64,000 nucleotides of DNA from a virus (lineage: Duplodnaviria > Caudoviricetes): positions 42,131 through 106,130 of IMG/VR virus record IMGVR_UViG_3300014204_007089. One strand, given 5' to 3'. The translations under genes were made by a program, and so were the position numbers. The notes beneath the pieces were generated by a model. The model was not told the origin of the DNA. It saw only the letters and a list, made by a program, of their open reading frames with translations, and searched no databases. This document shows, piece by piece, positions 11,274 to 21,400 of this stretch (position 1 is its first letter; each line of letters begins with the position of its first letter).

Positions 11274-11825
11274 CTACTTTTTAGAACAAAATTGATAAAA
11301 TAACTCAGAATTAAATGCTATAGCTAATAAGTTTTCTTTCCTATTATTTCGTTTTTTATCATCAACTGAATTATCTCTATGTCGATCTAATACTTTTTCA
11401 ATATATTCTTCAGCTTCTTCTTCACCTTTTGTATCTGAAATATATTTTGTTTGATTTTGAAATCCTTCTTGCTCTACAGGATTGTCAAGATAATTATCAT
11501 CATCAGATCCTGGTGTTGGTTTAGTTCCAGTTGTCTGTTGTGCAAAATGCGTTACTTCATGAGCTAAATAATGATCATTATTATTTTCAAAATCATCATC
11601 TTTTAATAAATCTATATTAATATATATAATTCCATGATCTGTTCGAGCAGAAACTGGTATTTTAGCAAAACAAATTGGAATTAAATTAATTTCTTCCTTA
11701 TCTAAATTGTATTTATCAAAAATATCTTTAACAACATCATGATTTAAAACCTTTTTACGAATCTTTTCAATAATAGGTAATAATTTTTTATGAGGTAATC
11801 CTTTTGTAATTATTTCATCAGACAT
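11274..11825 (-). CDS. Putative zincin metallopeptidase
   Basis: AHEVTHFAQ (HExxH) plus downstream E (PVEQEG). Confidence 0.55.
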   Translation of the reverse strand: MSDEIITKGLPHKKLLPIIEKIRKKVLNHDVVKDIFDKYNLDKEEINLIPICFAKIPVSARTDHGIIYINIDLLKDDDFENNNDHYLAHEVTHFAQQTTGTKPTPGSDDDNYLDNPVEQEGFQNQTKYISDTKGEEEAEEYIEKVLDRHRDNSVDDKKRNNRKENLLAIAFNSELFYQFCSKK

Positions 11826-11833
11826 ATAACTCC

Positions 11834-13354
11834 TTACAAAATAATACCAGAAAGTTGTTCAATTGAACTTGTAGGTCTTGAAACTTGTGTGGTTTTTTGA
11901 GCTTCTAATTGTTTTTTAACTAATTCATCTTTTATCTTAGTAATTAAAATTGATAAACTTCCATTTATGGCCCCTAACGCTGTATTAAATTGATTATAAT
12001 CACTAAGATCAAATCCTGCACCAAAAAATGGCTGAACTATATTCCCAAGTTTACCCCATATAGATTCTAAATTCTTTAAAGCACCAGAAACTTCATTTCC
12101 TTTATATAAAATATTTTCTGATGCAGATATAAAACTTTCCATTTTCTCTATTAAAGAAATATCATTTTCATTAACTGTTGATTTGATCATTTGATCAATT
12201 AATAATATTACAGTTTTTAAACTCTTGTCATAATCTTCAAATGTTTTTGTATAATCACCAAAACCATCTTTCCTTTGATCAGTAATTAATTCTGACATAT
12301 CAGATAACCATTCTTTTACCTCATTAATTTCTGCACTGTGATTATGTAAGACAGACAAAATCATACTAGCAAACATCGCACCACCAACAATAGCTCCAAT
12401 AGGTAGTATTGCTTTTTTTATAATTGTATTATGATAATATGTTGAATAAGAAAAAATTATATCAATATTATTACTACTTGTTTTTTCTAATTCTATTGTG
12501 TAATTTCTAATTTCATTAACATTAAGAACAAAACCTGTAAGTAAAGAAATTAAATTATTATATTGTTCTTTATTAACTATTAAAGATTCAATCTTTATTT
12601 GATTTTCAAATAAAACATTAATAGAATCTTCAGCTACCTGTACAGCGGTTGTATAACTTGATAAACTTGAAGGATTATCTAAATCAACATTTAATTTTAA
12701 TACATTAATTAAATTATTTTGAACATTAGTAAAAAGAGATATCACTGTATTATCTTGAAGTGTTTGTTTAATATCTTCAATTAATTTTATTGCTTCATTT
12801 ATATTTATTCCAACTTGAGTAGAATTATTAATAGAATCTGCAATCTTTTTTGTATCTTCTAATTTTCCAGAAACTTTTTTACCAGAAAATAAATTATATA
12901 ATATTCCAATAGAAACAGCAACAATAATACCTTTTTTATAATTTGTATTAACTAATGGATTTGTAAATAAAACCTTAAGATTAGCTATTACATTTGATAT
13001 GGAAATTTTACCTATATTTTTTGTACTAGTTATTGATTTGCTAAATGTTTTATAAACTTCATTAAATCTTTTTATTCTATCAATTCTGTTTTGCTTATAT
13101 TGTTTTATTTTAGCATTAGTTAGTAATTTAACTTGTTCTGATATTGGTAATTTTTCAAAACCAACAGGATATGATAATGGCTTCCCTCGTCTATCTACTA
13201 AAAGTTCTAAATTAGAAGGTGTAGCATGTGGTACTTTTAATGGTTCTAATATTGGTGGTTTTATTGATGGTCTTGTTCTAAAAATATTTCTTGACCCTTT
13301 ACCACCAACCTGTTTGGCAAATCCAATAGCATATTTTTCCAATAACTTATCCAT
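11834..13354 (-). CDS. Hypothetical helical protein with hydrophobic segments (possible internal/ejection protein)
   Basis: 506 aa, coiled-coil-like with two hydrophobic stretches; lies in virion block. Confidence 0.4.
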   Translation of the reverse strand: MDKLLEKYAIGFAKQVGGKGSRNIFRTRPSIKPPILEPLKVPHATPSNLELLVDRRGKPLSYPVGFEKLPISEQVKLLTNAKIKQYKQNRIDRIKRFNEVYKTFSKSITSTKNIGKISISNVIANLKVLFTNPLVNTNYKKGIIVAVSIGILYNLFSGKKVSGKLEDTKKIADSINNSTQVGININEAIKLIEDIKQTLQDNTVISLFTNVQNNLINVLKLNVDLDNPSSLSSYTTAVQVAEDSINVLFENQIKIESLIVNKEQYNNLISLLTGFVLNVNEIRNYTIELEKTSSNNIDIIFSYSTYYHNTIIKKAILPIGAIVGGAMFASMILSVLHNHSAEINEVKEWLSDMSELITDQRKDGFGDYTKTFEDYDKSLKTVILLIDQMIKSTVNENDISLIEKMESFISASENILYKGNEVSGALKNLESIWGKLGNIVQPFFGAGFDLSDYNQFNTALGAINGSLSILITKIKDELVKKQLEAQKTTQVSRPTSSIEQLSGIIL

Positions 13355-13431
13355 AGTACCTTACAAAAATATGCACTGAAAACCACTGTTCTTCAGTTAC
13401 ATCATCTTCTTCTTGTTCTTCTTTGTTTTAA

Positions 13432-13481
13432 CCTTTTTCAACAAGAAGCCCTTACCTTTAGGTTAGGGTAGGGTAGTTCAC
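13432..13481 (+). mobile_element. 50-bp minimal IS200/IS605 derivative (left-end tip fused to right end)
   Basis: TTTAA|CCTTTTTCAACAAGAAGCCCTTACCTTTAGG...GGGTAGTTCAC; same termini as the 262-310 bp elements. Confidence 0.8.
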
Positions 13482-14583
13482 CTACTTCTTCTTTGTCTAA
13501 AACTCCGATAGCTTTGTTATATTCATTCTTAGAAACTCCCAAATAACTTACCCACCATGAAATAGCAGCAGGTGTGCAATTATATTTTTTAGCTACAGAT
13601 TTCCCAGAACCTAATTCTTTCAATTTTTCTAATAAAATTTCTTTGGTAAAACCTAAAGTATTAACTCTAGATTTTCTGTTTCTAACACCAATAACCCTAT
13701 ATTCTTTTGCCTTCTTTGCAATTTCTTCTTTTCTTGGTAAAAATATAGTAGCTTCTTTATAAAGAAAATCATACATCTTTGATATTATTATATTCCCATT
13801 ATATCTTAAATTATCAAAAGCTAAATATTTCTTACCATCTTTATATTTTAATTCACTACGCTCTGTATTTTTATTACAAATATTATTAATCAATAATACT
13901 TCATGAAAAACTTCTAAAAACTCTTTCGTTCCTTTCATTGCAAATGAAATATGAGGGTCTTGCCCTTTATTTTTACCAATTGAAAAACAACCATCCCCAT
14001 CAATATAACCTCTCATGTAATGATAAACTAATGGATGATTTTTTAACCATTCTGGAAAACGCATTATATAGGTTTTATTTTCAACAACACTAAAACGTTC
14101 TAAATCTTTGTAACATTTTTCAGAATGAAAAATAAAAGAATAAGCTTCTGTATTTGATATTTTGTAATTATTGCATATATAACCACTACGTTTTATATAT
14201 TGTAAAGGAGAATTACATTTCAATATAGATTTTATATTATTCAAATGATTTATATCTTTAGAAGAAAGTTGCAAACCAATACCATAACTACTACTCTTTC
14301 TAGTTTTCCATCCATCAGCTGCTAAAAATCCAGCTACGTAAAAACTTTTTTCAGTATCACTAGAAAAAAACTCATGATCAACTTCATATTTTCTTCCTTT
14401 TTGACAACCACATTTTGGACACCAACGACCTTCTATAATATGTCTTGGTTCAGCTATCCAAACATGTCCACAAAAACATTGAAATTCTATTTTTGTTTTA
14501 CCATTTATATATTCTTTAGACAAACATTTACCATTCTTTTTCAATGCCAAATCTTGAAAATATTCTATTGTATATTTTTTCAT
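13438..14583 (-). CDS. Free-standing LAGLIDADG homing endonuclease with N-terminal Zn ribbon
   Basis: YVAGFLAADG and YMRGYIDGDG motifs; CxCGH...CPKC; C-terminal HTH-like segment; last codons come from the inserted mini-element. Confidence 0.8.
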   Translation of the reverse strand: MKKYTIEYFQDLALKKNGKCLSKEYINGKTKIEFQCFCGHVWIAEPRHIIEGRWCPKCGCQKGRKYEVDHEFFSSDTEKSFYVAGFLAADGWKTRKSSSYGIGLQLSSKDINHLNNIKSILKCNSPLQYIKRSGYICNNYKISNTEAYSFIFHSEKCYKDLERFSVVENKTYIMRFPEWLKNHPLVYHYMRGYIDGDGCFSIGKNKGQDPHISFAMKGTKEFLEVFHEVLLINNICNKNTERSELKYKDGKKYLAFDNLRYNGNIIISKMYDFLYKEATIFLPRKEEIAKKAKEYRVIGVRNRKSRVNTLGFTKEILLEKLKELGSGKSVAKKYNCTPAAISWWVSYLGVSKNEYNKAIGVLDKEEVGELPYPNLKVRASC

Positions 14584-14614
14584 ATATTCCTTTTAAAAAA
14601 AAAATATATCAAGA

Positions 14615-15514
14615 TTAAAATATTTGTCTTTGTCGTAATGTTCTAAGCCTTCTAATTTGAGGTGAAGCACCAGCAGTAAAGCTAAGAGAACCCAGTCCTA
14701 ACGGTGAGCTTCTCATATTAATTTTAATCAATTTTACTTTTTCATACCAATTAGTCATTTCGTTAGTATATTGCGTATTTAACAAATCCGATATTGTTGG
14801 AGGAGTGAACCCAATGCCATTATCTTGTACGTTAAATTCTCGTCCTCTTTCGATTAAAGCTTGAGCACCTAGAGCTAGATATAAAGCACCTTGAACCAAA
14901 ACATCATGGAACTGTTCAATGATTGGAGTATCTTCAAATGTAAAGAATGTAAAATGTGGTATTTCATTAAATTCTGAAAGTGATTGACAAATAAAAGCCA
15001 CAAGTTCATCTACAGTATACACATCACAATCTTTATATACCACATTGCCATATTCATCAGTTTTTCTTGATTTACCACTACTTTTTAATCTTGCACGTAA
15101 TGATTTTAGTACATTATTTATATTAAAAATAGCATTTTGTGAAAAACAAAAACCAGGGTCATCTCCTAGATGTGTATTTCCATCAGTATTAACACCTGGC
15201 AATTGAGAATTAAAAGTAGTAAATGTAAACTCTCCTATAACTTCATAACCTGCAAGGATACCTCTCCATACATCTCTCCAAGTACCAATTGGAGGATAAA
15301 TTCCTATACTATAATTAAAGCTATATTGACCAGCACCTATTCTAGTAACACCAATACTAGTAGGTCCAACAACTACAGCGCCATTAGGTTGAATTACAGT
15401 AACACGTGGAAATTGATCTAGATCAGTTTCTTCTCCTTCAGGGCCGGTAAATCTAGCACTAAGAGCAACAGTATCACCTGGCTGAATAATTTCTGATCTT
15501 GGAAGAATGGACAT
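14615..15514 (-). CDS. Virion protein, possibly neck/head-tail adaptor
   Basis: 299 aa; Ig-like N-terminus plus helical C-terminus; RBS AGGAG; function inferred. Confidence 0.45.
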   Translation of the reverse strand: MSILPRSEIIQPGDTVALSARFTGPEGEETDLDQFPRVTVIQPNGAVVVGPTSIGVTRIGAGQYSFNYSIGIYPPIGTWRDVWRGILAGYEVIGEFTFTTFNSQLPGVNTDGNTHLGDDPGFCFSQNAIFNINNVLKSLRARLKSSGKSRKTDEYGNVVYKDCDVYTVDELVAFICQSLSEFNEIPHFTFFTFEDTPIIEQFHDVLVQGALYLALGAQALIERGREFNVQDNGIGFTPPTISDLLNTQYTNEMTNWYEKVKLIKINMRSSPLGLGSLSFTAGASPQIRRLRTLRQRQIF

Positions 15515-15584
15515 ATTAAACTCCTATTAATAATATACAAATTAATTAGCCTTTAAATTTGCATAATAATTATTTTACCAAAGA

Positions 15585-15968
15585 TTAAATAGGTGAAACG
15601 GATGAATTTCCAAAAGGTCTTGCAACATTAATTGCAAAAGAATCCCATTGTGGTTGGCCATTATTTTCCCAATACACATTAGCTACATAAGTACCTAAAG
15701 CAGTAATACCTGTAGGTATTAATAATCCATGAATATATAAACCTGAAACATATCCATCACCATCTACACCTGGAACATATCCATCGCCAGTTATGTAAAC
15801 TTGAGTCATATGTCTTGGATAACCAACAGCCACACTAAAATCTGGAAATATTATATTTTGTACAACTGGAATATAGCCATCAATTCTATAACCATCAATA
15901 TCAAGTGTTTGAATAACCAAACGAACTAATTGTCCAGTATTAGCGAATATATATTTTGTAGATCCCAT
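15585..15968 (-). CDS. Small Ig-like virion protein, DGY-rich
   Basis: 127 aa with 4 DGY; beta-rich, resembles the N-terminus of 14615..15514. Confidence 0.5.
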   Translation of the reverse strand: MGSTKYIFANTGQLVRLVIQTLDIDGYRIDGYIPVVQNIIFPDFSVAVGYPRHMTQVYITGDGYVPGVDGDGYVSGLYIHGLLIPTGITALGTYVANVYWENNGQPQWDSFAINVARPFGNSSVSPI

Positions 15969-15982
15969 GTACTTATGCTATA

Positions 15983-16441
15983 TTATTCATCATCATGTAT
16001 TTTAAATTTCGGATCAACTGGCAATACAGGTGCTCTATCTGCAAATTCAAAATCTGCATTTTCAGCTGCAAATTCTTCTTGAGATGATTCTTCAACATCC
16101 AAATCTGGATAATTTGGCACTTCAATTTCAGCGCGTTTTCTAGCAAATCTAGAAGATTGGAGAGATGTAGTATTAGCTATATCTATTTTAATATTAAAAA
16201 TAACAGGTGGAACTTTTCTAATTCTAATAATATCTCTTCTTGTATAAATAGATCCTGTGTTTATACTTTTTTCTATTTGTTCTTTGGTAATATTATATTT
16301 TAATCTTCCATGTATAGTTGTACCAAGTAAATTAATGCTTTTACCACTTTTAATAGTAATACAAAGATCGGATATATTAACATCTTTTATTCTAGAAATA
16401 TTAGTTATCCATAATTCTTCTGGTTTTTTATATACCACCAA
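15983..16441 (-). CDS. Hypothetical protein
   Basis: 152 aa ORF in operon. Confidence 0.6.
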   Translation of the reverse strand: MVVYKKPEELWITNISRIKDVNISDLCITIKSGKSINLLGTTIHGRLKYNITKEQIEKSINTGSIYTRRDIIRIRKVPPVIFNIKIDIANTTSLQSSRFARKRAEIEVPNYPDLDVEESSQEEFAAENADFEFADRAPVLPVDPKFKIHDDE

Positions 16442-16664
16442 TACCTTCTGAAATTATAACAACGTCTACAGCTTTTAATTGTTTATAATTATTTAAACCA
16501 ATAGAAAAAGCAACTTCTTGATCTTTTTTTAATGTTTTAAAACCTTCACATACTATATCTGACCAATAAACAAATAAATCTGTTTCTCCTTCACGAGAAA
16601 TAAAACCAAATCCAAGTTTAGGATTAAACCATATTACTTTGCCAATATATTTTTCTTCTTCCAT
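16428..16664 (-). CDS. cspA: Cold-shock domain protein
   Basis: GKVIWFNPKLGFGFI (RNP1), DLFVYWS (RNP2), GFKTL. Confidence 0.9.
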   Translation of the reverse strand: MEEEKYIGKVIWFNPKLGFGFISREGETDLFVYWSDIVCEGFKTLKKDQEVAFSIGLNNYKQLKAVDVVIISEGIGGI

Positions 16665-16698
16665 ATTAACTTCCTATAAAATGAATAACTAATTATGC

Positions 16699-16992
16699 CT
16701 AATCCAAATTAACTAATGATTTACTAGCGTTAATAGCTTCTTTATAAGAAGTGTTTTCTGGAATAATTTCAATATGATCTACTACTAAATTTCCAACACA
16801 TCCAATAGTTTTATGAATTTCTGCAATACCAAGAGCGGCAATACATTTACGTTGCTCTTCGTTTTTTGCACCTTTAACAGCATCTTGAAATTTTACAATA
16901 ATATTTTTAACCTTTTCTTCAACTCCTTGTTCTCTAGCTAATTTAAGAATTGATTCGATAGTTTCTTTTTCTGTCATTTTTCTTCTTTTCAT
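16699..16992 (-). CDS. Hypothetical protein
   Basis: 97 aa ORF in operon. Confidence 0.6.
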   Translation of the reverse strand: MKRRKMTEKETIESILKLAREQGVEEKVKNIIVKFQDAVKGAKNEEQRKCIAALGIAEIHKTIGCVGNLVVDHIEIIPENTSYKEAINASKSLVNLD

Positions 16993-16993
16993 A

Positions 16994-17308
16994 TTAAACC
17001 TTTTTATAATAAATTTCTTGTATACCCGGAATATTACTTATACCATTTTTTTCATATACAACTATTCTTTGATATGGTAAATTAGTAGATGGTAATATTC
17101 CAAAAATCTTAATTTTTTCTTCATGAACTTTATTGTGACAATTTGCACATATTACACATACATTAGTCCAATCATCCTTACATTCATCATCTGTTCTTGG
17201 TATTATATGATGATATTGTAATGTAGATTTATCTAATTCATTGCAAATTTCACAAAAGAATTTTTTAGGTTTTTTAGTACCATTTCCTTTTTTAACATAT
17301 CTACCCAT
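16994..17308 (-). CDS. Small HNH endonuclease
   Basis: CxxC...HHIIP...N...CANCHNKVH. Confidence 0.85.
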   Translation of the reverse strand: MGRYVKKGNGTKKPKKFFCEICNELDKSTLQYHHIIPRTDDECKDDWTNVCVICANCHNKVHEEKIKIFGILPSTNLPYQRIVVYEKNGISNIPGIQEIYYKKV

Positions 17309-17316
17309 GATTATTA

Positions 17317-17324
17317 ATATATCA
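17317..17324 (-). promoter_or_regulatory. TGATATAT putative promoter element (representative copy)
   Basis: Recurs upstream of about 12 non-structural genes; see findings. Confidence 0.55.
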
Positions 17325-18398
17325 ATGTTTTGGAATATATTTTTTTAATGCTTTTAAAACATATTTAGCTTCTTCTTCGCCATAATTTCCCCATTGAGAA
17401 ATTCTAATATAATCATGTGCTAAACCACCTTCACCTAAAGCAGACATTATAGGACTAGAAGCTGTATGCATAGCTCCACAAGCAGATCCAAGACCTATAA
17501 AAATACCATCTGATTCTAATTGAGACATTAGATATGGACCTGCTTTTTTACCAATTTTTATAAATGATGTATAAGGTATTTTATTATAATTTTTAGCAAT
17601 AACTTTTAATCCAAATTCCTCAAGTCCATTTTCTAATACTGAACTAAAACATATAGCTTTTTCATAACGAAATAATATAGTTTTAATAGCTTCTTCTAAT
17701 GCTACAGCGGATGCTAATATCAATCCAGCATCAGGTGTTCCAGAACGATCTAAATAATACCTACTTCCAGATCCAAATTCTTTCCACCAATCAGTATCTT
17801 GCACATATAAAATTCCAACTCCAACTGGACCACCAAATTTATGAGCACCAAATGTTGCTAATTTAAGATTATTTATATTAGATACTTTAATAGGAATTTT
17901 TCCCAATGCCTGACTCATATCACTGAAAAATGGAACTTTTATATCTGATATTTTTTGAATAGTTCCAATTTCATTATTAACATAAATACAAATCATTGAA
18001 GAATTAGGTTCTGGATTAAAAGTACAATTAATTTCACCATTTTTAGATACAATTAATATATTATTACCAAATAATTCTGTAGATTTTATTGATACCGCTG
18101 GATGTTCAATTGTTGAATAATAGACTTTATTATAATTTCTAGATTTTAGAATTTCCAAAGCCCATTCACAAGCTTGAGTACATGTAGATGTAAAAATTAT
18201 TTGATTAGAATTTTTAGCTCCAATAAGTTTTGCTATTTTTTCTCTCGATTCTTCGATTATAGAAGCTGCTTCTCGTCCAGGACGAGATGAAGCCATAGCG
18301 TTTCCATGCCCTGCTATTGATTTATTAAATTGAACAAAAGCATCAATAGCTTTTGGATGAATTGGTAAATGAGCATTTGCATCTAAAAATAATTGCAT
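17322..18398 (-). CDS. iscS: Cysteine desulfurase (IscS/NifS family)
   Basis: FLDANA, IIFTS, IEHPAV, VNNEIG, AHKFGGP (PLP Lys), GSAC (catalytic Cys). Confidence 0.9.
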   Translation of the reverse strand: MQLFLDANAHLPIHPKAIDAFVQFNKSIAGHGNAMASSRPGREAASIIEESREKIAKLIGAKNSNQIIFTSTCTQACEWALEILKSRNYNKVYYSTIEHPAVSIKSTELFGNNILIVSKNGEINCTFNPEPNSSMICIYVNNEIGTIQKISDIKVPFFSDMSQALGKIPIKVSNINNLKLATFGAHKFGGPVGVGILYVQDTDWWKEFGSGSRYYLDRSGTPDAGLILASAVALEEAIKTILFRYEKAICFSSVLENGLEEFGLKVIAKNYNKIPYTSFIKIGKKAGPYLMSQLESDGIFIGLGSACGAMHTASSPIMSALGEGGLAHDYIRISQWGNYGEEEAKYVLKALKKYIPKH

Positions 18399-18465
18399 AC
18401 AATCTTATATATCTAAAATATTTAAAATAATGTATAATATTCACTTATAAAATATATTAAACATT

Positions 18466-21400
18466 TTACAACCAAGAAGATCCTCTTAATACTATCCAAT
18501 TTGTACCATCAAATAATAATTCAACTGATCCTTTAGAATCTAACGTATATATTAGTGTAGTATCTGCTCTTTTTATATAGGCATGATAAGATACGCCAGA
18601 ATCGTCACGAAGAATTTCAATTAAATCTCCTTTAATAGCATCTATTGCAGAAAGCGTTATTGAATGATGATTTGTATATGTTGTAGTTGTACGCGCTCTA
18701 CGAGTTGCATAACCAATTCCAGCATCTGAATCTGGAAGATTATATATATCTGCACTAGGTGCTGGTTGAGAAATCCATTCTGGTACGGCATAAGTAGACC
18801 AACAAATCCATTCACAAGAACCATCTGTTGTGATAGTTCCGAGAGTTGTATTCCATGTTGGTTCAACAGATCCTGATGTTCCTCCAGTTATTATTGCAAA
18901 AATATGTGTATTGATAGTATTTCTTATAACGTTAGATGAAGCAGCTCCATAAGCTTGATTATTTGTCCAATATCCATCATTAAGAGGTACACAATATCCT
19001 CCAGTTGTTTTATTTTTTATAGCCAACCTAGATGGATTAGACCATAATAATAAATCTCCAGCCTGATAGCAACCAGTTGTTGGTACACCACTTACAACAC
19101 TAAGTAGTGATTTACCTACTCCTAAATGAAATTTATCAACTTGAAACATATCACCTTGAGCACTTCCTTGTTCAATTTGATATGCTATTTTATATTGAGA
19201 ATATTGTCTAGAACCCATACTCCAAATTCTTGTCGTATAATTAAATAAAAATCGTAAATGACCACGTAGTTGAGATGCTCCATCAGATTGTGTATATGTT
19301 TCAAAAGCACAATAATCAGTTCCTGGCCATGACATCACCGAAGTTAATGGATGAGTACATGTTGGATTATAATTTACCATACCATAATTAAAACCATTAC
19401 TACTTGGCAATGGTGACCATTTCATAGTTCCTTTAATTAATGTACCTGCTCCAATTACCCCACCACTACCATGAGAAGGTGAATATAAATAATGATCAGG
19501 TGCTGCAGATGCAACATCTTCCCAATAGCAACCATCAAAACGAGAACATGATTGTACTCCTGTTAATGAATTTTGAGGTCCTCTATAATTAGACTCCCAA
19601 AAACAATTCATAAAACGCGAACCATAAAATCCAAGATCTACAAGACCAGCTCCACAAACGCCTACAAAAGCATTATTAAATGTAGCAATACTAGCATCAT
19701 AACCTTCTATATAAATACCACCACCACATTCATAAGCTGAAATATTATCAAATATAGCACCATCTGTATTTGTTCCAGTTCCACTACTTTTACCATTTAA
19801 AAACCAAGCCCATCCTGAAGAAAATGTAACACATACATGATTAGCTGACATTTGTGCTGATGTTAAAATACCAGCACCCCAAATAACAGGCATCCATTCA
19901 GCTGTTAAACTTATTCCATTATCAAGTGTAATCGAATTATGAATTTTACTCCATATTGGTTCTGTTAATCCTGAAGTTCCACTACTTCCAATCCTATATC
20001 TAAAACCAGTTTCATACCCATCAGAAGGTACAACATATCTACCGCTTACTAAATCTCCACCAGGAGTCCATAATTTCACTGTTGCATATGTATTATGAAC
20101 TGAGTTTGCAACAATTTCTGTTCCAGCAACTTCAAAAGCTCCAGGTATTAATGGTGCTTTAACACCATCAATATATAATTTATTATAAGCTATTAAACCA
20201 AAATGTTCTAATATTGATTGAGCTGCTGTAATTGTTTTATAATTAGCACAAGTCCATACAACACTTCCATCTGTAATTGTTGTACCAACTGTATATGTAA
20301 AAGTAGGATATGTTGTTCCAGTTATACCAGGCGTAGTACATTCCCAAATATATGTTAAATTATTCCAATATCTTGCTGGTCTTAACGAATCCCCAAGTTT
20401 TACAGGAACACCAGGTGTCCATTGAGGACAATCTCTATTATGATCTATAGATAATCCATAAAGAGAATCTATAGGTCTAATTTGTGATATTGGAATATTC
20501 CAGTTACCACCATGTCCACGAATTGAAGATGTTTTCATTACATGTATATCATCCCAAATTAAAAATTCACCACGTGGAATTTCAATATCTCCTCCAAGAT
20601 ATATTGGAGAATTTGGCATTTTTGGAAAAGAATCAAGAGCATCTGTAATAGCAGACCAATTATCATTATATACATTTAAACTAGAAACTGTAGTTCTAGC
20701 AGGTGTATTAATTATAAGATTTGTTGTTCCACCACCTGAAATAATACGTGTTCTTAAATAGTTTGATTGTGATGATACAGGTTCTGTTAATGGAAACATT
20801 GGTAATGTAGAAATGGCTGTTTCAGAATCAATAACTACTACAGGTCTATGTGATCCAGTAGCATTTGAATAACTTAATGTTATTTGTCCAGGAATAACTT
20901 TTCTAAGTGTAAAACTTCCAACTCCACCTCTTCTTACATAAATTAAATACCATGTTGCACCTGGAATAATTTCTGGCCAAACTCCTAACCAATTTGTTTT
21001 AGTAAATGCCGCTGCGGCATTTACTATAGTAGTAGCAGATGATGCTACTGTATAGCCTCTATGACGAGTTGCTGCTACTACTTTAACTTCTACTGTTGAT
21101 GCTCCTGTAGTGCCTTGTTGAAAAACTTCTGGAGCATTAGGTGTTTTTAATCCATGTGCAGATCCTGCACCTTGAATAACTATTCCATAATTATTTAATA
21201 ATTCAGAACCATCTGCAACAATTAAAGTAGAAGATCCATTATTAATAGATCCTGTAGTAGAAATATAATGATCAGAAGCAGAATAAGGATAATCTGTAAT
21301 AACAACAGTATCATTACGTTTAAAATGTCTTTGACCATCATTTTCAATACTACTAGATAAAGATGATTCAATAATTGAATAATCAATTCCATTACCAGTA

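Noticed and set aside
13416-13496. TTCTTCTTTGT on both sides of the mini-element as a target-site duplication
   Set aside because: Not flush with the ends; reflects Lys/Glu codons; IS200/IS605 make no duplication.
17322-18398. DndA of a phosphorothioation system
   Set aside because: No dndBCDE or ssp genes recognisable in the window.
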